In this document: piece by piece, positions 28,834 through 39,100 of the stretch
How positions within the stretch are numbered: position 1 is the stretch's first letter
How the letters are laid out: every line of letters starts with the position of its first letter
IMG/VR virus record: IMGVR_UViG_3300049893_000724
Span: 96,001-160,000 of that record
From: a virus
Reading direction: 5' to 3' (one strand)
Length of the DNA stretch: 64,000 nucleotides
Position numbers and translations under genes: made by a program
Notes under the pieces: model-generated
The model's input: the letters and a program-made list of their open reading frames with translations, nothing else
Database searches by the model: none
What the model was told of the DNA's origin: nothing

Positions 28834-28988
28834 TATTCAACTGGTTTTGATTTAGTCTGCTCACCTTTTGCTCTTTTTTTTCTCCCCGCACAATGAGCAC
28901 GTTGAGAAAATCCTTTTGGATTTGAGCAATCAATACTCTTTTTATATTTATTAGTCCACTCTTCTTGAAACTGCTTAAACGTTTTCAT
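28833..28988 (-). CDS. Small basic Cys-containing protein, 51 aa; not in ORF track
   Basis: Read by hand: MKTFKQFQEEWTNKYKKSIDCSNPKGFSQRAHCAGRKKRAKGEQTKSKPVE; overlaps the gp16 stop and abuts the next start. Confidence 0.7.
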   Translation of the reverse strand: MKTFKQFQEEWTNKYKKSIDCSNPKGFSQRAHCAGRKKRAKGEQTKSKPVE

Positions 28989-29409
28989 CTTGAGTTTGTT
29001 GTTTTAATAGTTTTGCTAGTTCTGCAGTGGATCCCACAAAAAGTGCATTATTAACTGTAGTGGGACCTTTACTAATTTTTTCTTCTTCAATATCTTTTAG
29101 TTTTTTCTGAAGATCCATTAATTTATCTGTTGCATCAGCCACATTTTTAATAAGTTGACCGGCAACTTCATACGCTCTTGGCATTTCACTTTCCTGTGCA
29201 AGTTCAAGAATCCCATTGATTGCTTCTTGTCCTTTTTCAATCAAAGAATACAAATTTCCTCTGGTGTATTCATAATCTTTTTTGATATCATCTACAGTTG
29301 AAGCGATTTTTTCTACTTTTTCGATAGAAGTATCAACGTCAGTAGAAACTATTTCTCCTGATACATTAAAAGTATTATTCAATTCATCAAATTTTTTTGT
29401 CATTTTCAT
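28975..29409 (-). CDS. gp16: Terminase small subunit (gp16)
   Basis: KKDYEYTRGNLYSLIEKGQEAI, PRAYEVAGQLIK, NNALFVGSTAEL. Confidence 0.93.
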   Translation of the reverse strand: MKMTKKFDELNNTFNVSGEIVSTDVDTSIEKVEKIASTVDDIKKDYEYTRGNLYSLIEKGQEAINGILELAQESEMPRAYEVAGQLIKNVADATDKLMDLQKKLKDIEEEKISKGPTTVNNALFVGSTAELAKLLKQQTQDENV

Positions 29410-30407
29410 GATGTCGAACCACTAAATCCAAAATCATCTCCCGCTTCAATCGCAGCATTATCCGCAGTTGTTATTGATTTAACTGCCGCCCCTGCGAGAT
29501 GTGAAGTAATCGTGGTTCCATCTCTGCCTCTATCGACAGTTAAAACATTACCAGTCTTAAGTTTTACATAGATCTCTTCACCTTCAAGATCTAAGTAGGT
29601 ATTGACGGAAATTGAAGATGCATTGTTAACTTCAATAAGAATATCTTCAGTCGTAATATCCTTAACAAGATTTGTTAAGACTATACCAGTATAGTTCTTA
29701 ATTGCTCTTGGTTCTGATGTATAAACAACTTCGCGTCTTGGTGTTGAAGTTGCATCGCCAGTAATATAACTGATAGTGGTCTTTTTGACGATATCTTTTG
29801 TTGCTGTTTGAGTTGGTCCAAATAGATAGGTTTTTGCAGTAAATCTTAATGTGTATATTAAAACTCTTCTTGTAGTAAAGTTACCTTCATAATCATCCTG
29901 GAAAGTTATATTTTCTAAAACTATTGGAATATCTCTTTTTTCATTAATCGCATCAACAAGTTCTACTGTTAGATTGTAAGACGGTTGGAAATATGGTAAA
30001 ATCTGCTCTACAATTTGCAATGCATCATCATTTAATTTGGACATGATTGATAATTCAAATTGCATATTATAAGGAACAGGCATATATGCTTTTTTAATTA
30101 TCGTTCCATCTTCTGCCGTTCCTGCAGTGAATGTTTGAGTTGTCGTTACTTTTCTAGATGCATCATAAGTTAACCCAGTAAATTCAAATGACATTCTGGG
30201 CAATGTAATTTGAACGGGTTTATTGAGATCTGGAGATTGCTCAAGTCTTGCTAAGAATTTTTGTGTTGGTCCATATGCTAGAGGGACTTTAATAACATCA
30301 ATAACTTGATTTGAATTATCTGTATGTTTAATGCTAATATCATTAAACAAAGATCCAAATGCTATAACAGTTTTTCTTAGAATTTCGTTATAAAAATATT
30401 CAAACAT
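29406..30407 (-). CDS. gp15: Tail sheath stabiliser/completion protein (gp15)
   Basis: YFYNEILRKTVIAFGSLFN, VPLAYGP.QKFL, ITLPRMSFE, QIVEQILPYFQP. Confidence 0.93.
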   Translation of the reverse strand: MFEYFYNEILRKTVIAFGSLFNDISIKHTDNSNQVIDVIKVPLAYGPTQKFLARLEQSPDLNKPVQITLPRMSFEFTGLTYDASRKVTTTQTFTAGTAEDGTIIKKAYMPVPYNMQFELSIMSKLNDDALQIVEQILPYFQPSYNLTVELVDAINEKRDIPIVLENITFQDDYEGNFTTRRVLIYTLRFTAKTYLFGPTQTATKDIVKKTTISYITGDATSTPRREVVYTSEPRAIKNYTGIVLTNLVKDITTEDILIEVNNASSISVNTYLDLEGEEIYVKLKTGNVLTVDRGRDGTTITSHLAGAAVKSITTADNAAIEAGDDFGFSGSTS

Positions 30408-30453
30408 TTTATTGGTTCCTAGTGATACTATTTAATCAAATAATAAATTGTAT

Positions 30454-31869
30454 TTATGGCATCCCAAAGGGATTGCTTTCTGTAAAATCAATAATGTTAT
30501 CCGCTTCAGTTTCTATATTTAAGTTATCAGCATATGCATCTTTAATGTCATATGCGTTAATGGATGATAATACATACGATGCTGAGGAAGCGGATCCAAC
30601 AATATTTTCTCCTCTAGTAAATGTTCCTGTTACATTAGAAACTTCAAGAATGTTGGATACAGAATTCCAAGATCTTACTCTTGCGGTTACGCCGCTAGAA
30701 CTTCCTGTAATTACTTCATTATATTGATAAGTCCCAAAACCAACAAAGGATGGTGCAGAAATTGTTATTGTTGGTATTGATACGTATCCGAGTCCAGAGT
30801 TTGTAATATTGATTGCCGTAATCGTTCCCGCCGCACTGACGACTGCTGTAGCAGCAGCTGAAACAGTTGCGGCACCACTAAATGTAATGATTGGTGCTGT
30901 TGTGTAACCAGATCCTGCATTAGTGACTGTAATTGGACCAATCAAACCGTTTCCAATGTATGCAGTTGCTGCTGCCCCAGATCCTCCTCCCCCAATAAAA
31001 CGAACTCCTGGTGCTACAGTGTAACCGGATCCTGGATTTACTAGATAGACATTCTGGACAGACTTGTTTTGTGGATTTATATTGTCATTACATACCACAA
31101 CGCCGCCAACCATAACTGCTGTAGCAATTCCAGTAATTCCTCCCGCAGGAGCAGAGGATATTCCAACTGTAGGAATACTAGAATAACCACCACCACGATT
31201 TGTAAGTGCAATATACCGAATTGCTCCATTCGCTAAGGTTGTAGTTGCGGTTGCAGTTGTTCCTGCACCAATCATTGTGAGTATTTGAGTTACAGCGACT
31301 CCACCACCAATACCATCAGTTGTATCTCCACCACCTATAATATTATCATCAATTTCGTCAACACTAGTATCAATAACTTCATCTTCATATCTAAAGAGTT
31401 CACACTTTAAAGTATAAACATAAGTTTTTTGTAGTTGGTAAAATGGTTGTTCATGCTCTACAAACTTTACTTCAAATAATCTATCTCCAAGAGGGAAATA
31501 AATTAAATCACCTTCTCTTGGTCTTGTTCCTAATTTGATATTTGGTTTATTCTTTATAAGAGGAACAATATATGATTCAAATCTCTCTTTAGATACAGTA
31601 ATTGTTAATTCATTGAGTGCCTGAATTCCAAATTTAGAAAGGATAGTTGTATTGTCTCCATACCCCTCATAATTTTCAATGTAAGCTTCTAGGGGATACG
31701 CATCATCAAATGCAGATTCTATTACCTCTCTTAAAACTGTTTTTTCTGTTAGATATCTCCTGGGCAAATAGTGAATATCAACTCCGTACATACGAAGTTG
31801 TTCGTTAATCAAATCTTGTATTAACCCTTGCTCACCAGCGGAACCTTGTAAAAAGAATGGATTAAGCAT
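30454..31869 (-). CDS. gp14: Neck protein (gp14) with repeat insertion
   Basis: LNPFF, E.LRMYG.D..YLPR, PREGDLIYFPL, FYQL.K.YVY.L.CELF; follows gp13. Confidence 0.9.
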   Translation of the reverse strand: MLNPFFLQGSAGEQGLIQDLINEQLRMYGVDIHYLPRRYLTEKTVLREVIESAFDDAYPLEAYIENYEGYGDNTTILSKFGIQALNELTITVSKERFESYIVPLIKNKPNIKLGTRPREGDLIYFPLGDRLFEVKFVEHEQPFYQLQKTYVYTLKCELFRYEDEVIDTSVDEIDDNIIGGGDTTDGIGGGVAVTQILTMIGAGTTATATTTLANGAIRYIALTNRGGGYSSIPTVGISSAPAGGITGIATAVMVGGVVVCNDNINPQNKSVQNVYLVNPGSGYTVAPGVRFIGGGGSGAAATAYIGNGLIGPITVTNAGSGYTTAPIITFSGAATVSAAATAVVSAAGTITAINITNSGLGYVSIPTITISAPSFVGFGTYQYNEVITGSSSGVTARVRSWNSVSNILEVSNVTGTFTRGENIVGSASSASYVLSSINAYDIKDAYADNLNIETEADNIIDFTESNPFGMP

Positions 31870-31873
31870 TTGA

Positions 31874-32719
31874 TCATCCTATCATATCGAAAGGTGGAAG
31901 TTCATAAGTATTGGACATTTTTTCCATTAAAATATCTATCTCTCTTTGAGCATCGTCATACATTTGTCTACCATTTAATTCAACTCCACCCGGTAACTTG
32001 ACACCAGTAAATTTCATCATGTTCTGTCCCCACTGACGTTTTATTAATGAGGTTAGATATGGTTTTAAGAAAGAATCGTTCCAAACTCTTGGATAATCAT
32101 TTGGATTTAATGTTGCGTAGCAATCAATGATAATATATTGCCCCACATTCACCGATCCCCAATCAATATCCAAATAAAGTCTATCTTGTCTTTTATTGAA
32201 ACGAATTTGTTTCTGTGTAGTCAGTAAGAAATCAAGATCTTCCAAATAAGTCTTGACCATTGCATAACTTAAAAGTTCTGTAGCGCCCCAATAATAAATA
32301 TCATTCAAGAATAATTGATATTTAACACTAAACATATTATGAGTGATGGTATTTGAACCATCAAACAAGAATAATTTAGTGACTCCAATTACATTTGGTG
32401 GAACTTGAAGATAATTACTATTTTCTTCGTAAGTAAAAGTAGTTGCAGTTCCTACAATATTTGCTGTAGCAGTTGTAGTTGCTATTCCTACGGCAGTATT
32501 ATTTCCTCTCGATCTTCCTCTATCAATATCACCTTGAGTTATTTGATACTTATAAAATGCGGGATAAACACCATCAAAATGCCTTTCTTGGAAGAACTGA
32601 ATAGCATCATCTACCAGATCATCAATCTGTTCATCTGCAACGTTAATTTCTAAAACTGGCGCTCCCAGTTTTCTTTTGCAGTAATCGATTAATTCTTGTC
32701 GAGTAGATGGTTGCGCCAT
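31874..32719 (-). CDS. gp13: Neck protein (gp13)
   Basis: LIDYCKRKLGAPVLEINV, K.QWGQN..KF.GV.LPGGV.LNG. Confidence 0.95.
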   Translation of the reverse strand: MAQPSTRQELIDYCKRKLGAPVLEINVADEQIDDLVDDAIQFFQERHFDGVYPAFYKYQITQGDIDRGRSRGNNTAVGIATTTATANIVGTATTFTYEENSNYLQVPPNVIGVTKLFLFDGSNTITHNMFSVKYQLFLNDIYYWGATELLSYAMVKTYLEDLDFLLTTQKQIRFNKRQDRLYLDIDWGSVNVGQYIIIDCYATLNPNDYPRVWNDSFLKPYLTSLIKRQWGQNMMKFTGVKLPGGVELNGRQMYDDAQREIDILMEKMSNTYELPPFDMIG

Positions 32720-32740
32720 TATTTTCTACTTTTTAAATAT

Positions 32741-32920
32741 TTATGGTTTGATCTTTAAGAGGTCTTTTAATACTTCTTGTTGTTTGAGATATAATTTCAT
32801 ATATGCCTTTGCAATAGTTTTAATCTGCTCAATGTCCTCTACAGAATCAATTTCAATACAAGCTTTCATATATTCAAAACTTTTCGATAGATCTTCCAGT
32901 TGAATTTCATTTGGATCCAT
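32741..32920 (-). CDS. Hypothetical protein, 59 aa; not in ORF track
   Basis: Read by hand: MDPNEIQLEDLSKSFEYMKACIEIDSVEDIEQIKTIAKAYMKLYLKQQEVLKDLLKIKP. Confidence 0.7.
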   Translation of the reverse strand: MDPNEIQLEDLSKSFEYMKACIEIDSVEDIEQIKTIAKAYMKLYLKQQEVLKDLLKIKP

Positions 32921-33134
32921 TGATTAAACTCCTAAGTAATATTTTGATCTCGTCAATATCATTTTTCATACTAGCAAGATCTTCTTCTATATTCTGTACT
33001 TTTTGATTCTCTTCATTCTTAGCATTTCTTCTTGAAACATACTCTTGATATTCAGACATATTTGTGTTAACAATTGAATTAGTGTTTCCATCACGCATTA
33101 GATGCGTGTATCCATCAACTTTAAAGTAAGTCAT
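32907..33134 (-). CDS. Small hypothetical protein with C-terminal coiled coil
   Basis: 75 aa ORF coupled to the large upstream structural gene. Confidence 0.7.
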   Translation of the reverse strand: MTYFKVDGYTHLMRDGNTNSIVNTNMSEYQEYVSRRNAKNEENQKVQNIEEDLASMKNDIDEIKILLRSLINGSK

Positions 33135-33135
33135 G

Positions 33136-36100
33136 TCACGCTAAAGCGATAACTCTTAAATCTTTAATTCTTGGAACATAAACCTGATTAGTTGATGTTA
33201 GAATAAGTTTAATTCTATATGACTTAAAAGAAGGAAGTTTATCAATAGTGAAAGAATACTCTTTGAATTCAATATCAGAGGTTTCGAATCCTAAAGATTG
33301 GGTGGGAGTTACAAAAGAATCTGAACGACCATCACTATCAGCAAAATCAATAACTTCATTTTTTGTATTTAAATTCATATATCCAGGGAAAGGAACAAAA
33401 ACAGGATTAAAGTTAGATTTCTCACTAATTGCGTAAAGTGCTCTAATATCACAGTATTGATTGATATGAGCATTTAGTAAGACTTTAATTGAACTTGCTC
33501 CATTTTCCAAATTGATTTCTTTAGAAATATATTGGAAAGCGCACGGATCTTGGTCGATAGTGTTGACTCTAGAATCAGTTGCATAGTTAGAAATTACACT
33601 GTTAACTCTATTTGAGGTTAAAATTGCACTGACCCTTTGTGTATCAACAACTGGAGTGAGTCTTGAATCTACAGTATCAAGTTGTAATCTTAGATTCATT
33701 GATTTATTGCCAGGTAAGGTCGTTAATCTTACATTTTCATTGACTTTAGAACAAATAATTCTTGCACTATCTAAGTAATTTGGTTTGTTAACACTTATAT
33801 TTTCGAATCCATTATCAATGAATGGAATTTCATTTCCGCTGATACTTGAACCAGTAACTGATCTGAGAGAAGCACTTAATGAAGTTCCTCTTACAGTTAG
33901 GTTTTGTACTATTGGCGTAATAATTTCATAAGGCATATTTTGGGTAGCCTTGATATCATATCCACCAGTAGATTTTGTTTGGTTGATGTAAAGATTTGGA
34001 TAGCCTACATCAGAAGTTCTTCCAATTCCACTTGATCCCATATCAAGTTTTACATGATAAGAATCAAAAGTTATTGGATTAGAAACTGTTACATCACCCA
34101 GGTAATGAGTTTTATTAATTCTTCTGAGGGAAACTCCGCCAAGTTCATATTTGTAAACTGGTGTTCCTACTGGATAATTCTTCGAATTTGCTCCTCTAGA
34201 AATGTTTCCACCAATTAGATTTCCAGATACTGAAGTGTATTCAATAATTTCATCACCAATTAGAATGTAACCTGGATTTGTTGTCCCAACTCCAACATTT
34301 TCAAAAGTTGAGAAATTAGTTGCATTATCAACACTGATTGCTCCAGTTGAATTTGAATTGTATGCAATACTTAATTTTGTTGGATTAATATCTGATTGTA
34401 TATTGGATAAAGTCACATAATTTTCATTAGAATACATACCATGGTTTTGGTGATTTACCTTGATATGTAATCCATCACTAATTGTTTCAACAGAATTAAT
34501 GAACACATTGCCGCCAGTTGATGCATTGAGTGTGGTTGTAATGCCAGAACTGTTAATATACTGAACAGTTTTTGCAGAACCAACTACAAAATCACCCTGT
34601 ACGTTATCGAGTATAAGTTGATTAACTCCAGTAAGTATACCAACACTAAATCTTGCATTTCTACCAACTGAAATTGAGCCAAAAGTGCTAATCCCAACAA
34701 CATCGCCAACTTGATAACCAACGCCACCATTAACAATGGTTGCTGCAATTGCAACGCCATTAGAAACAGTTACATTTGCAGTTGCATTTTTTCCATTGCC
34801 AGTAACAGTCACTAAATTAATATTATTGATGGTTAATGACCCACTAGATGGAGTGTATCCAATACCAGGATTAATTACATTTAGCGTGCCTGTTGCACTT
34901 CCAGCAGAACCAACATAATTTGCTGTTGCATTGGTTCCTCTCTGAAGAACAGTATTGCCTAAAGTTAATCCAGAGTCAATCACAGTTGATCCAAGACCAA
35001 CTCTAATTTTATTTGAAATGAGATTAATAGAGTTGGGCATCAATGTTGGAATCTGCTTATTTCCTTCAGTAAGTTCTGGGCTATAGAATTCAACAGTTCC
35101 TGAAGTTAAGAAGTCTGCTCTATAGAGAGTAAACTTGAGGTCCTCCCACTGACTTGCTTCCCAAGTAGAGGCATTTTGAGACTTAAATAGAGATCCAAGA
35201 TACGGTTGGTTGGAAATAAATGTCTGGGTTAAAAGATCATTTTCTCCAATTCTTGAAATATAAACACTATATTTGGTTGAATTTGATGCAAGACAGATAC
35301 AATATTCTTTACCTCCTTCAAGATAAACAGGAGCATCAAAGTTAAAAGTTGTTGCTACTGAACCATCTGATGAAGTTTGAATATCTCCTGGATCTAAAGT
35401 AATCTCTGAGAATGGAATAATCTTTTGTGTTGGGAATCCATTCTGCATTGTTCTTAACTGAAAGGTGACAGGAATGTCCATATCATCCTTTGATCTGAAG
35501 AATACATCACATTTGGTTAAGAATACACCTGTATCATCTTCAACTAAGAAAGATTGTGCAAGGGGATCATACCAACCTACAAGAACATCTCTTCTAGATT
35601 GTGATAGAGTTGTGCTATTTACAAGTTGTGTCCCTGTTGTTCTAGAAACTGCTCTTTCTTCAAATTCCTGTTTATTTTGAATTCTAGCATTTCTTACCGA
35701 AATAATATTTTCTTGAACAGTTTCTAATGTTCCACTAGAAACAAAACCTTCTTCAGCGATAGTGGTGGCAACATTTTGATCATTAGAACTACTGTTTACC
35801 AAAGTAAATGTTTTAGTTCCTGCTTCAAATTTTGGATGAATATTTATATTTGGATTTGGAATATAGAAACTTCCGATTAAAGTTGCAGATAGGTCTGAAA
35901 CTAACCTTACATTAGTGATGGTTGCTTGAGCACCACTCGTTTGCCCAACTAAAATCATTCCAGATTCTACCCACCCACTATATTCTCCTTGTGGTTGATT
36001 TGATAATGAGAATGTATCAACATTTAAAATGTTTGATGTTGAAGAATATGTTGATTGTAAACTTTGTCCAGTATATGGATTGTTGGGATAAGTTGTTGTT

Positions 36101-39100
36101 GCTGCATTATATGGACCCTCTTTATGATTAGATTGTGCAACTCTGAATGAAATTTTGGCAAAATCTTGCCCCAAACTTGGATTTAGTCCAGTATTTTGAA
36201 CTTTTCCAACAACCTTTTCTCCAACTTGGAATGTACCAGAGATCATAGAAATTTCTAGAAGTTTTGGTACACAGTATTTGGTTACATTGACTCCATCAAA
36301 GAATGAATAGATTTGTGTTAATGGCTTAAGTTTCTTAGAAATAAATTGAACATTTCTGGACCTCATATAAGGAATTAGATTTCTACTTACAACACGATCA
36401 CCTACTGAGGTTTTATCAAATTGCTCAGTAACCACTGTTCTCAAACCAGTTCTTGTTTGAACTCCAGTATCTCTAATTTCTCTTAATTCGTCTTTAACTA
36501 CAGATGTTACTTGAGTTTCATATACCTCTCTACCTCTACCACCAGAAATAACCCCTCTCCAGGCTCCACCAGAAACTTCTTCTCTAACTCTGGATGTATT
36601 AATAATTTCTTGACCAGTCCAGTTAGTTTCCCACGCATTCCAAACGACAGGAGCAAATCCTGTTTGTGGGTCTACGTTTAAAGTTTTAACTGCATTTGAA
36701 AGTGTTTCTGCATAATTTCCTTCTGTTTGGATAATTTTTGCTTCCAATCTTACAGTATCTACCCAAGTATCTGTTGCTGGAGTAAGTTCTAGAGACCCTT
36801 GCCAGAAACTAATTAGAAATGGAGTGACACTTTCTGATCTGGTTGCAAAAGATTGCTTCAGCCATTCAACTTCAGCATAATCGAGAGTTACAACATCTTT
36901 CGATTTTCTTACGTTTACACCTTCAATTGGCGTAAATGCAAGATCTTCAGTTGGATCTACTCCAGTTACTGGTCCAAAAATTAAATCAACCGAGTTTGTA
37001 TAATGTCTTGGTCTTAACTGTTTATTGGAAATATCAATACTATTTTTATAAAGAACAGAATCTTCTTGTGCCAGTAAAGAAGTAAAGTTATCAACGAAAA
37101 ATCCAGACTTAAATCTGTTAAGTCCATCACTATCTGGAATAAACAGATTTGCAGTATTTGTTTCAAGTAAAGAGAGAGCAGTATAGTATTCAAGATTTCT
37201 AATTCTATTCTCAAGTTGCTTGATATCAACCATTCGATATCTCTTATGCTCTAAGAATTGAATAGATGCCTGAGAAACATTATAAAGGTAGGCAGGAAGA
37301 CTGATTGTTGCAATTTCTAATGCATCATCAACAGAAACTGGTTTTTCTGGTCTTTCGGCAGGAACTCCGTACTTAACTTGTAATTTACCATCTTTCGTAA
37401 GATAAACTCTGTCAATTCTTCCAAGATAGAATGAGAATGTTGTTAAGATTGATTCATCAGATGCTAGAATGTTTCTAGTAGAGTTTCCAGATGAATTGAA
37501 AGTTCTACCATAAAATTCTAGTGGAGATCTTGCATCTACACTAACAGTATATGTTGAAGTCTTTGGACGAATATCAATAATATCAGTGTTTCTGATTCCA
37601 TTTACAGTCTGAATTTCTTTCGCATAATCAAATGTACTATAAGAATTGACCGTAGTAATATCACCATCATCATTTGATTGATAATATCCATTGGAGAAAT
37701 ATATTTTTAATTTTTTAGATGGTTCTTGGAATTCTGCCTTTCTCCTCACAGAACCATAATCATAGAAAGTTGCTTCCTGACCATTTGTAAAAGTAAAGTT
37801 TGAAGAAATATCAAAACTTGGAGAATCTATTGTCTGAACTAGTGCTTGAATTTGAGATTCTTCAAATTTTAAAGTTTCTCCTTCTTTGAACGTCTTTTGA
37901 TTTTTGTAAATAAATGATATTTTTGTATCATCTATTCTTTCTGCAAAAATAGCAATAGCTCCGCTAGTCTGTCCTATCAGTTTCTCTCCAATGACCAAAT
38001 CAGAGGTAGTTGTTGTTGGACCATTAATGGAAGAAAGAACAACGGTAGGTGCTGATGCACTCGAAGTGCCCGCCGATTCAAAAATTCCATGAATTTCAAT
38101 AATATCTGCTTCGTTTAGTGAAATAATTTCATCTTGAACTCTAGTTCCAAATGGATAATTTCCGTAAGAGAGGCCATCGTTTAGTGTCGTTGTTCCAATT
38201 CCAGAGTATTCATATTTGGATTTGTCTACAATAACATAATTTACTCTGTTTTTTCTCTTTAATTTTTCTTTTGGTTTTATCTTTCTAGTTGTTGCAATTA
38301 AAGTTGCTCCAGTATCCGATGCCGTTGAAAGATTATAGATTACAAGTGATGTTCCACTCGAATCAATTTGTACTCTATCAGAAGTTAAAACTTCAGTTTG
38401 TCCACTTGAATTAATGAGCGCATATCTTTCTTCATCAAATGGTAAGAAAGTTTCATTAGCTCCTGCAGTTACAGTTGTAGTTTGGTTTCCAGAAATATTA
38501 ACTGTAAAGACTGTTCTGATACCAAGGACAGCGTTTGTTAAATCAACGTTTGAAATATTGACTTTAGGTAGTCTTGTGTACAGAGTGCTATCTGTTGAAG
38601 TTTCTAGGTTTGTCGTTAAAACCTTGAGATCAGTTACGTTGAGAGCTACTGTTGGTAGTTTTGCTTGGTTAATCCCAGATACGGTTGTAACACCAGTTAC
38701 AGAAATTGATGTATTTCCCGTGCTAACCACTTTTGCATAAACTGGATCAGTGAAAGCGGGATCGCTATACTGAATCAAATTACCTATTTTAACAACTCTT
38801 CCTGGAAATAGTTCATTTGGTCCCGTAATTGTACTAATTCCACCAGAAATGGGAGTGACGCTTGCTATTCCAACGTTAAATCGTATAGATTGAATTGCAT
38901 CTGCCGAAAAAGTAGAAGCAGATCCAACAATTCCATAAACTGATTGAATATCAGAAATACCATAAGAAGTAATTGCGGTTGCTACTCTGGTATTTTCAAT
39001 GCCATCAATAATAAAAGATTCATTTAAGATAAAGTCTCCAGTTTTTTCATAAACTGTGAGTGCTACTCCAGCAGTTACTGAATCTTTTAAAAATGCAGTT

